Assembly (NCBI GenBank): GCA_964016885.1
Contig: OZ024742.1
Span: 48,422,001-48,486,000 of the forward strand
Direction of reading: 5' to 3'
DNA from: Eledone cirrhosa
Taxonomy: Eukaryota
Length of the DNA stretch: 64,000 nt
Shown one piece after another: positions 40,803 to 51,782 of this stretch. The notes beneath the pieces were generated by a model. It had not been told where the DNA came from and ran no database searches. It was given only the letters and a program-made list of their open reading frames with translations. Position numbers and translations under genes: made by a program. The first letter of the stretch is position 1. Each line of letters opens with the position of its first letter.

Positions 40803-42339
40803 TGTGTGGGTATACATGAAGGCTTTCACGTAGTTACTATTTTCTCAAATATAACGCACACGATTTAGCTCAGTCGCTGGATTAAAACCCAAACCATGGG
40901 TTTATGAAGCTCAGGTGTAACTCACAAAGGCATATGCGTGTATAAAGTGAATCAGTTCATCAGCAAATAATAAAATAAATACGTTCATGTCATTGATGTT
41001 AGTTATATTAATATTAAGTTTAATTTATATTATATTTATATTCTATATTACTTGTAACAAAAATTGTAGTTTTCATCGCATTTGTATGTTCGTCCAATAT
41101 GTTTAGTTTTCCTCTTTGTATTTATGTATCTCTTTCTCTCTAACACTATCTCCCCCCACCCTATCTCTCTCTCTCTCTCTCTCTCCCTCTCTCTCTCTCT
41201 CTCTCCCTCTCTCTCTATCTCTCTCTGTATGTATATATATATATACATATATATTCATACACATAAAGTATGCCTGTATGTATGTAAGTGTATACATGTA
41301 TGTATGTATACACTTACATACCTACAGGCATACATTTTGTGTATGAATATATATATATATATATACACATACAGAGAGAGAGAAATAGAGAGATGTATGT
41401 ATGTATATATGTATATGTGTGTGTGCATATATATATATATATATATATTCATGAATATCCTTTTTTTAGTTTGGTTCACTCCCTTATGTTTATATGTAAA
41501 CAAAGATTGTATAATATAAACCTAATATCTCTAGTTTAACCACATGAAACCTGATTAACGAATCATCAATATTTTACTTAAGGCTTCTCAGCTGTTTTTA
41601 CAAGCGTTTTATTCCATCACGATTTCCTGTTTAACTTGTTGAATCATAATAGCTGCTGCACCCATATTTTCATCCTTCTCGTATTTCGTCTCCATGTACT
41701 CTTGGAGACATTGAACTAATTACTATACACGCACTTCTTCACACAACCTACATCTATAAAAAAAATATATACTTCACGTGGAATCCAAATACCCGCTAAA
41801 CACAACTTCCAAATTTCAGAAAATAAAAGATTAACCGCAATAACCTTTGACGAACTGTCCAATCTTCTTCTAACGTACAAAAGTTCCGTGAACACCTCAA
41901 ACTCCCTCGAGATGGCCAATCCTCCTTGAACCCTCGGAAATTCCACATATTTATAGAACGTTCTTGAAATCCTCAGCTTCCTACAGTGGGGGAGGAAAGT
42001 AACAGCTCATAATAAACAACAGCCTTCACAGTGACAAGAACAAATAACTAATAATGCGGCAGATATATCAAGCTTACCATTGCATAGACAAATGGAATAT
42101 TTGAATTCCTTACTCAAGAAATCTGATACTTAAAATTTTCAGTGCCAAGTGGCGCTAAAATCAGTACGTATTTGTATCAGAGATTTTAATAAATAAGATA
42201 TTCTAGAGATAACCATTCAAATTTGCACGATAGAACCAAAATGAATGTGTAAGATTTGCATTAAGCAAATATAGAAACAACAGCAAAGATAATTGTATAC
42301 TTATAACAAGTGTACAATTTTCTTTACGCGGTGGATGTT

Positions 42340-43460
42340 GGATGTGCGCTGACCACTAGTAATTTTAAGTGATGGGAAGTCTAAATGGCTTCCTCCTCAA
42401 ACTTGATGTTCCGGATAAGAGTGAATTCATTCTTTATATATCCGGTTTTATCAGCGAGGTGTGAGGACCGATTTGTAATGAATAAACAGATCTTTGCGAG
42501 CATTTCCTGTACAACTGATGTTGCCGCTAACCAGAGTTGGAAGTCGAGTTGGGATAGGGATCTAGTGCTATCAAGGTGTTCTACACCGAATCGTATAATA
42601 CCATCCATGTTCGCGAAGTTAATTTTGTATTTGCTTGGAAGTTGTTTCCCTCTGCATATATCACTTCAGGCAGTGTTAAATAGGTCTTCAATATGGTTTG
42701 AGGTTGTGTCTGTCGTGAGGATGGGTACATCATCTCTGTACCTGTTGAAGAAGGCACATAAGTAGTAGGTGTTACGTACCCGACGTTCCAGCTGGTTCAT
42801 ATAGGTGATGATTAGTAGTCTTGAAAGAATGGATCCCATGTGTATTCGTGTCGTTTGTTTGTAGTCGTGGCGAGGAAACGTGAAGTGTCATAAATGATGA
42901 TGTATAGGAGTTGATGATGCCAAGTGCAGTGAGTGGGAGATAAGAAAAAATGATGGAGTCAGTCAAGGCTTAAGGTATATGAATATAGTTAGTTTGGCAG
43001 TAGTTGGCAGAGTCTTCGTATGTTCCCATCAGAGCTGCTAACTACACAGTAAAAGGTGGAATGTATAGGTTTGAGGATCCGGGAAATATTTTGGCCTTCT
43101 ATGCTAGAGACAATGGGCCTAATCTGGAGTTAGGTACCGGTTTTCTAGGTTTTTATGAACGTTAGAATGTTAACAGATTGCTGTTCTTAGTGATGAAGTT
43201 ATTTTTGTATTTGCTAGGAAGTTATTACCGTCTGCAAATATCAATGCTGGCATTGCTAATGTGGTCTTTGAACTGGGTTGAAGTTGTAACCGCCGTTTCG
43301 GAATATAGTCCAACGTTGCTGAGGATTTCTAATGCCAGGTACCTGAATGATTCACGGAAAATAACGCAGAAAGAAATACCTTTGTCAAAAGGGACGTATA
43401 CTAGGCACTTTTCTCCTTTTTCTGTTCATTTAGAATGCGTTGTTACATCATAGGGATGTT
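42340..43460 (-). mobile_element. Highly decayed PLE RT remnant of a different family
   Basis: IRPIVSS (~43110), FFNRYRDD (42729-42743), IRFGVE..SLSQLDF and RSSH..KTGYIKNEF, in the order expected for a PLE RT. Confidence 0.6.
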
Positions 43461-43603
43461 AAACTTACGTATGTGGTGAGAGACTGCTTTTCCGCTGATG
43501 GGTAGGTATTACTCGGTGTGTAAATTGTTTCAGTGTTGTGGTTGTCCTGTTTTACCATGCTGATATAGCCGGAAAAACTGTTGTTGCAATGCTTCGAACT
43601 ATA

Positions 43604-43645
43604 ACCTTCTGATGAAGAGATTTATCTGCCGAAATATTTTCAGGT
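43604..43645 (+). ncRNA. Degenerate hammerhead-like motif
   Basis: ACCUU CUGAUGA AG AGA UUUA UCU GCC GAAAUAUUUUC AGGU; palindrome AAAUAUUU; stems weak. Confidence 0.45.
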
Positions 43646-44189
43646 AGCATTAAGTTGTCTGGCACTATTTCATGCACCAGATGCCGTCAAGTGCAGGAAA
43701 GGTAACAATAATGTAAAAACACAGATGTTGTCATATATATATACGTTATTGAACAACAGGATGTGTAATTAACACCCGGCGATTCATTTCTGCAACATAA
43801 GCATATATTGCACTCATTTGTGATCGTTTTTATGCAGTCCACTGTGAACTTGTTACCCACACTGAAGAAAACCGTCAACATATGATGGACTGCTTCTCAG
43901 CAGCATTGGATGAGTTTGCGTTGACAATCAGCTTTAACAATTAGTATCAATGTACCAGGATGCACCCTGAAAGTTATATATTCCACCATCCATATCTGCC
44001 AAAAGGTAAATATTGCAGGGTATTGCTACGTTCATTTACCTGGGTGTTTCACTTTCCAGAATCAGCAGCATTAAGGAATAGGTCAGGAACCAGTTGTCCA
44101 AAGACAAGCTGGAAAAGCGCCAGTTGTCACAATCAGATATCGGTGCCCACATGAACGACGTTGAAGTTCATTAAGCATGTACTCTTAAA

Positions 44190-44460
44190 TACTTGATATA
44201 TACATGCCTAACAATCATTTCGCGGTTTAAGAAGTGGATTTTGAGGCGTCATTCCGACATACCGGATAAACTATTTAAACAAAACTGGTGAGCCAAACGT
44301 GATCACTAAGAGCAACGGCGAGTACTTTACCATAAAATGGAAAATCATGGAATCATCAAGTCCTTAGCTTAATGGTAAATGTTCATCTTAAGATGGCTGC
44401 ATTCTAAAAAGAAACATGTATAAATACGAGGGTCATCTTTTTCAACCACTGTCAATTTAT
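44190..44460 (+). mobile_element. Decayed PLE GIY-YIG fragment
   Basis: RFKK..SFRH..TKLVS..SL..IKWKIMESSSP..GKC..CINTRVIFFNHC parallels 785-1171, with stops and frameshifts. Confidence 0.55.
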
Positions 44461-45042
44461 GCTTAAGTACCGGATTTATAACTGGACAAACCATAAGTAA
44501 CAACTAGACAACCCCAAACAAAAACCAAACAGTCCGAGCGTATCTCCGCCTTTCACTAGAAAACTAGATGTTCTATAATATGTTTATAATACACTAAGAA
44601 CCAATTAAAAGAGCAACCACTCTTACGAAATTCTAATATCTAAAAATTTGACTACCACACAATAAACCTTTTATTTAAACATCCCGCTAGATCTTTTTTA
44701 TCCTACATAATATATTTCCCGACCATAAGTACTAACAAATTCATTCTATTTTACATAATACTTAATAAGATTTATATGCACTTATTTAACTCTCAATCAA
44801 ACCTCCCCAAACTCTATAGTAGTAGTAGAAGTTTAATTCTTACAACCATAACTAAGATTGTGAACTGTCGAACTGTGTGTGGTAATAAATTCTACAGTTA
44901 AACGCGCGTATTCGACAAAAGTAAATGTAATTTAGCCAAATTCTGTATATCAGTCCCACTGACTGAGTGCTCTGCCAACTTTGGATATTTTTCACAAAAT
45001 TCTTTATATTGTATGTATATATATATGTATTCATGTATTTGC

Positions 45043-45257
<215 letters not shown>

Positions 45258-45646
45258 ACTTACAGTTAGAAATCAACCATGTTTTTTGAAGTGAAATTTA
45301 TACATGGCAATTCTGAAATCCAATCAAGGAAGAAACAATAAAAAAAAAAAAACTACGCAATCCCTGTGTGAATTGAATGGTTCATCAGTAACCAGTTAAA
45401 TGAGAGTGCAATGAATTTGAGACGATTTTTTTTCATTTCATTGTTCTACATCAGGTCGTAGTTATATGGGTTATGGGATACTAACATAAAATGTGCTTTG
45501 AAACATAAACATGTATATAACATTGAGCAAAAATAATCATTCAGATTGTGAGTTATTGCATTGTAAGCTATTTACATATTGATTGTTTTCTGTGTGTTGT
45601 TTTTATTCTTGTCGTTGATGTTGCTGTTGTTGTTGTTGTTATAATT

Positions 45647-45858
45647 AGGGTCGTGGATTGGCGGTTAGAGGGTCGGACGCCATTCTTTGCAGCATAAAGT
45701 TACGATCTTTTACGGTGTGAGTTCAAATCTCACCGAGGTTAACTTTTCCTTTCATCCTTACGAGGTCGATAACATAACGTACCAGTCACGCACTGGATCG
45801 ATTTAATCGACTTTCCCTTCCCTACAAATTGCTGGTCTTGTGCCTATACTAGAAATCA

Positions 45859-45893
<35 letters not shown>
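45647..45893 (+). mobile_element. tRNA-derived SINE (resembles abundant Octopus SINEs) with (ATT)n tail
   Basis: A-box-like TGGCGGTTAG, B-box-like GAGTTCAAATC, body CCTTTCATCCT..GGTCGATAA..GTACCAGTCA..TTAATCGAC..CTTGTGCCTATACTAGAAATC, ATT tail. Confidence 0.82.
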
Positions 45894-46591
45894 GGCGACC
45901 TACGTAGTAAATCGTATCATCGTGAGCTCCGCAAAGGTTTGTTATTTTCAGTTGTTTAAAATTGCCATTTATGGAAAATGTTTATTGTTAACTGTATACA
46001 AGTGCACATACATTGATTTCTGAAAAGGATACTCAAAAATATTGGGGCCTTGAGCCCAAAATTTAAACTTTTTATAATTATCAAACAAAAGTTTTTCTTT
46101 GAAAAATCATGGCTGACTCAGAGTCACTCCTTCCTCACAATCTAACACCTGACACCGACACCACCATTGTAAATATTGCTACGTTTGCCAACACTGGAAA
46201 TGTAAGCAGTAGCAATATTTTAAATTTGTCTCAAGCAGACGTTCATTTCCCGCCATTAACCAATGACTGCAGGTGTTAAAGCCGCCACCACCACCGCGAC
46301 AACCCCAACCCCCCGCCACCACCACAGCGACAACAGAAACCCCAAAAAAATAAATGGACTCGTGATATCGAAATGAATTCAACCAAAATGAACTCTTCCA
46401 CACCGAACACCACTGACGCCACCACCACCACAACTGAAACTAAAATTAACAATAGCAAAAATAACGATAACAACAACAGCAACAATGACATTAAGAAAAC
46501 TACCCTGAATTTGCCAGAGTAGCAAAAACGTGTGAAGGAATCCAGGTAACTTAGGAAGAATTAGAAGAAGCCAAGGGAATGGTAAAGAAAG

Positions 46592-48019
46592 ATGGGTACA
46601 GGATCACCCCCCACCCCCCCATCACCTAATAAAATGGAGCAACGTCGCCTATGCACCGTGTCTTATCGGACAATTAACATAAAATCGTGCCGAGTGGAAC
46701 GGGCATCCGAGTCTCAAATCCAAAAAGCTTTGGGACATGTGTGGCCAAAAAAACCCCACATCAGACGTGGGCAGAAATATGGAACCGTGGACGTGTTCTT
46801 TGAAACACCACAGGAGGCCAGAGAACACTCCATGGCCCCATTAAGAAGTGACGACTTCACACTCGTCCCAAGCTATTGTGGCCAGAGACTTGTGAAGATC
46901 AAGGTGACCCACGTTCCACCGGCCATCGAAATTCCCTGGCTAACAGCTGCCGTCCTCGCCGCCGGCATCGAGGCCAACACCAAGATCATTGAAATAGCGA
47001 AAGAAAAGCAGGAGAACTGGTCCGGATCTGGGATGGAGCTCCTGATCCAAGCGGACCATAAAAGCATTGAGAAGATCCCTGAGGTAATAGACCTCACTGA
47101 CTGCAGCCACCTCACCGTAATCGTCGAGGGCAGAAGACCTAGGTGTGTCGTTTGTGGTGAAGGAACCCACCTAAGGGCTTTCTGCCCTCAGGCTAAAAGG
47201 TTGAGGCCACCTCTCTTACCCACCGCAGTGATTCAACCATCAACACCACCAGCAGCAGAAATGGCAGCAACAACTGTAGCAGCAACAACAGAAGCAACTG
47301 TAACAGCAACAACCCCAGCAACAGTAGCAAAACCAACACCACCACCACCCAACGCGCCAGAACTAGCACCAGCGCCTACACCATCCACCACGCCCCAACC
47401 AAAACCAACGCCTGTGGAGGATTTTCCACTCCCTGGCTTATCGAAACTGGAGACAGATTGTGACGACGAGGAGTGGGAAACGGTATCAGGAAAAAAGAAA
47501 AAAAGAAATCAAATAAGAAAAAATGATCTTCCTTCCCCCTCCAAAAACAAAATACAGAGGGAAACAAATAAATTATCAAACAAAAAAGTTAAGACAGATG
47601 TGCCACCATCCACACCAGCATCACCAACCCCATCACCACAAACACCAACACCATCACCATTATTAACCCCAACACCACCATCACCAACACCACAAAAGTC
47701 ACCAAAAAGCGAAACAGAAACAAACCCACAACAAACGCAAACAAAACAAAACAACCAAAACGATACACGCTACACGGCATTAAATTTGAACAACAACCAA
47801 TTATTAAACTACATGCATCACAAGACCAGCATCACAGAAAAATACTACACAACAACCCAAAAGTTCACACCACCTCCACACATACACATCATTCGCATCA
47901 CACAGAAAACGTACACGACACTAAAACAAAAATTCCCCAAAGACATCGGAGACTTCCGACAAACACTCTCCATGAGGATTTATAAGAACATCCTTCCAGA
48001 AGGAGGCCACAAGCAGTGA
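46592..48019 (+). CDS. ORF1 protein, 475-aa open part, with zinc knuckle
   Basis: VEGRRPRCVVCGEGTHLRAFCP (CX2CX5HX4C), Pro/Thr-rich linker, WETVSGKKKKR; true start probably ~46109 with frameshifts upstream. Confidence 0.75.
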   Translation: MGTGSPPTPPSPNKMEQRRLCTVSYRTINIKSCRVERASESQIQKALGHVWPKKPHIRRGQKYGTVDVFFETPQEAREHSMAPLRSDDFTLVPSYCGQRLVKIKVTHVPPAIEIPWLTAAVLAAGIEANTKIIEIAKEKQENWSGSGMELLIQADHKSIEKIPEVIDLTDCSHLTVIVEGRRPRCVVCGEGTHLRAFCPQAKRLRPPLLPTAVIQPSTPPAAEMAATTVAATTEATVTATTPATVAKPTPPPPNAPELAPAPTPSTTPQPKPTPVEDFPLPGLSKLETDCDDEEWETVSGKKKKRNQIRKNDLPSPSKNKIQRETNKLSNKKVKTDVPPSTPASPTPSPQTPTPSPLLTPTPPSPTPQKSPKSETETNPQQTQTKQNNQNDTRYTALNLNNNQLLNYMHHKTSITEKYYTTTQKFTPPPHIHIIRITQKTYTTLKQKFPKDIGDFRQTLSMRIYKNILPEGGHKQ

Positions 48020-48096
48020 AAAGGATGGAGAAACCATCCTTCCTCTACGAGAAGTAAGGTAAGTGGTCTTTCCCATCTTTTCCACTCCATTTCAAC

Positions 48097-51000
48097 ATGA
48101 CATCACTCAGAATAGGCAGCATAAATGCGCGTGGCTTGGGGTCGTCATGGAAGCAGGGCCACTTGCTAAACTACCTCAGGTCACATAGATGTAGTGGCCA
48201 TCAGCGAGACCAGAATCTCCGAAGCACGGGCCTTCGCACCGATCTTCGGCGGCTACGATGTGTACGCATCTCCCAGCCGTCCGGGATCGGGGGAGGAGTT
48301 GCTGTGCTTTTTCGGAGAGGTTTGGATCTCGCCATATGGGCCATCTTCCTGGACACAGAAGGTAAGTTGGTGGTGCTAGACGTGACCAGCGGAGACGGGC
48401 AAGCTTTCAGGCTAGTGGCCGTCTATGTCCCGACAAGAGTAGGGCGGCCTGATTTCTTCCGGCGTCTGGAGACCTTTCTTGGAACGTCCCGCTCTTTAGT
48501 GTTAGTGGGCGACTGGAACGGGATCTTAGATGCACGCTGGGACTGTGTGGGATTAGCTGATAGGGGAGGAGGGTGCAAGAGCCTCACCAACCTGCTCAGG
48601 CGTTTTTAACTGTCTGACAGGTACTGTTTGGATTTCCCGAATGTGCCAATGTGGACTTGGACAAATCGCGTAGGGTCATCCAGATCATGTCTAGATAGAG
48701 TATTTTGTAGAGAAGTAGATAGGTCTAGCATAGGCTGTCCACAATTCAAGATAGTCAGCTACAGGGACCACAAATTCGTGATCTGTGTGCTTGACTTAGA
48801 TAGACTTCATAGACAAGGACCCGGCTACTGGAAGCTAAACGCGTCCTTAACAGCGCGCAAGACCTACATAGACCGGATTAGCGAACTAGTTAAGCGGGCG
48901 TTGACGGGGGCCATCGTCAACAACAAGTGGTGGTTTGCTCTGAAAAGAGCTATTAGAATAGTGTCCATTAGGTTTGGTAAGGCTTTAGCAACAGAGAAAA
49001 ATAGAGCAAAGGCAGAATTAGTTAGAAAATTAGACGAGGCGCTTAGCAAAGGCATCGCGACCGACGTATTTGCGGCGAAATTGGCCTTTGACCAATTCTT
49101 CAATGCAAAGCACGAAGGCTGCGTTGTCAGAGTTAGGGTGCGTGCTCGCAGACACGAAGAGACGAAAGCCGTTCAATGGGCCCAAGTGGCGGAGGCGTAT
49201 CGTGGCAAAAAAGCCACGATGCGGTCTTTGGTGGACCACGACGGGCGCATGCTACCCGATCCCGGGCAAATGTGTGAAGCTTTTCAGCGACACTTCGCTC
49301 AGTTGTTCGGAGGCAGCGGTGGGCCGGATCGAGGGATGGACTTTAGTGTCTACCTAGACGGACTGCCACGGCTCTCGGCCACTGAGGGGCAGTGCTGCGA
49401 AAAGCCGATAACAGCCGCTGAAGTACGGGAGGCAATGACTGGCTGCACAAGGGGTAAATCGCCTGATTTGGATGGTCTGCGTTATGAACTTTACTTAGAG
49501 ATGCCAGACTTGTTCGGAGGCCTCTTGGCGGACGTCTACTGCAACTGGCAACAGAACGGGAGAATTTCCAGCTCTGTGGCGTTGCTGAGAAAGGATCCGA
49601 ACAAGGGGGATAACATATATAATTTTAGGCCCATAAATCTGCTAAACACAGAGTTTAAGATTTTGGCCAAGGTGCTAGCAAAGAGGTTGGCGCTTGTCGT
49701 TGGTGGTCTGGTGGGAGCGCAGACATGCGCTATTCCCGACCGATCCATCTACAACAACCTCCACCTCATGCGATACATCGTAGAGAGGGTAGCTATGGAA
49801 CCTGCACGGGTGGGTCCTTGATCAATTTAGATCAGTCGAAAGCTTTCGATAGGGTCGACCATCGTTACCTAGCGGCAGTCCTGAGGGTGGCTGGCTTTGG
49901 CCCGTCTTCAGAGGCTGGATCGCTGCCATGCATAGCGACATCTGCTCTGTGGTGACAGGGAACGGTCACCTTTCGGAACCGTTCAACATCATGCGCTCGG
50001 TCCGCCAAGGATGTCCCCTCTCGTCCCTCTTGTACGTATTGAATCTCGAACCATTACTGCACAAACTGGAGACGTTGAGAGGGGTCCCGCACGAACTAGG
50101 TTGCGGAAATCCGTGTAAGCATATGCGGACAATGTCACCGTAGTGGTGTCGAACGCCAAATACATCGAGTCGAGGCAATCGGCACTACATTAAGAGAATA
50201 CGAAGCGGTGACAGGAGCAATGATCAACCAGGAAAAGTCAGTGGGCCTGCAGCTCGGCACCTGGAGAGACAGGTCCATGCCGTCCAACAGCGTCGTCGGG
50301 CACTGGACGGATGGACCTGTTAAATTGCTCGGGGTCTGGTTCGGTCCGGACCTCCAGACGGACAAAAACTGGGACGAGGTGACGAGCAGGGTGGCTTCTC
50401 TCACCCAGAAATGGGCGGAGATGAAGCTATCCCTGAAAAGTCGAGCGGAGGTGGCTAACGCATATATCGCGTCCGTCATCTACTACCGCCTGACCGTCGT
50501 ACCTTGTCCTAAGCCCCGCCTGACTGCGCTGTAGCGTTTGCTCTTCCGCTTTTTGTTGAAGAGACGCGCTCCGATGGTCAGGCGGTCCATCTGCTGTCAA
50601 CACCCGCTACGTGGAGGGCTGGGAATGCCGTGGCTGATGATGCGCAGACACGCGCTTCGGCTACGACATCTCCACCTCTTCCTCGACGGTGATCAGGTGT
50701 GGTCTCCGTTTGCTAGACGCGTTTTTCCCCAGCTCGTCTCCTTGACGGAGCTGCAGTCCTGGGTCAAGCGAAGATCGAGAGGGAGCGCTTGGAGACTGGA
50801 ATGTCTTCAGGCGCTCATAGCCCTCGACCAATCGGGCAATGTGATCGGTGGAAACTCCACCTTGACGTTCTATAGAGGATTAGTGGAGGGGAAGAGCGAC
50901 GACGTACTTGGGGAAACTCTAGGCGTCGACGAAAATCAACTAGCCAATCTCTTCCGAAGAACTTTCGGGCCGGAGCCTATGGACAACTTCCAGAAATCTC

Positions 51001-51493
51001 TGGCCTGGCAGTGCTACCGGGGAGCTTTGCCAGTTCGGGATAAACTCTACAGGCATGGAGGTGCCGCCACCGGGCATGTCCGAGATGCGCGCAGGGCGAC
51101 GAAACCGTCCTGCACGCACTCGTCCAGTGTCCGAGCATTGCAGACTTGTGGGTTTATGTCGAACACCTGCTATAGCGTGTAGGACGGATCCAGCTATCAG
51201 CTGAGTCCATCGTGAGGATTTCCCCACCCTCTTCCTTTAGCCGGGAAGGGCAGGCAGCTTTTATCTGTCTGGTGGCCATGGCGAAAGAGATAGTATGGTG
51301 GACACGTTTGAAAGGGCTGAAGACGAGCACTTACCTCTTCAGTGATGCCCTGATTAACTTTTTCAAATTTCATTTAAAAAGGAAAATCAGGGTATAAAGG
51401 GAAGTGCTCTCTTCCCAGCATTTTGTTGAAAGATGGGTGAGAGAGGCAAGAATGGACCGAGTGAATGGGCATACTCTGAGTATGTGTCTGTAA
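48097..51493 (+). pseudogene. ORF2 (AP endonuclease + RT), disrupted
   Basis: IGSINARGLG, VLVGDWN, GPGYWKLN, KSPDLDGL, NFRPINLLNTEFKILAK, DQSKAFDRVDH, SVRQGCPLS, AYADNV, GGLGMP; multiple frameshifts and stops. Confidence 0.9.
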
Positions 51494-51742
51494 ATTAAAG
51501 GTGTAACACTGGGGGAGGGCACTTTCCCTGGTGGTCAGGGTCACTGTGGCTTTTTAATGGGCTTTCTCCACGAATGTCCCTCGGAAGTCTCCCCCCTATT
51601 GGGGAATTTTTTCATTGTTCTATTATTACATCCTCTGTTTCTTGCTTTTTACACGCAAAAATGCCCATTTGTACCGCCCTGTATTGTCCTGTACTGTCCT
51701 TAATGTCTACTTTATGTAGACCCTTGTGGTTAATAAAGACAG

Positions 51743-51781
<39 letters not shown>

Positions 51782-51782
<1 letters not shown>

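Larger units (their letters stand above)
45894..51781 (+). mobile_element. Tx1/L1-clade non-LTR retrotransposon copy 2, full length
   Basis: 5' UTR, ORF1 with CCHC knuckle, ORF2 APE-RT, 3' UTR with AATAAA; flanked on both sides by (ATT)n. Confidence 0.92.

Noticed and set aside
45647-45740. tRNA gene
   Set aside because: Only A/B-box-like remnants in a SINE head; no cloverleaf.
46592-51493. Active autonomous LINE
   Set aside because: ORF2 has several frameshifts and stops and YADD reads YADN; the other copies are also disrupted.
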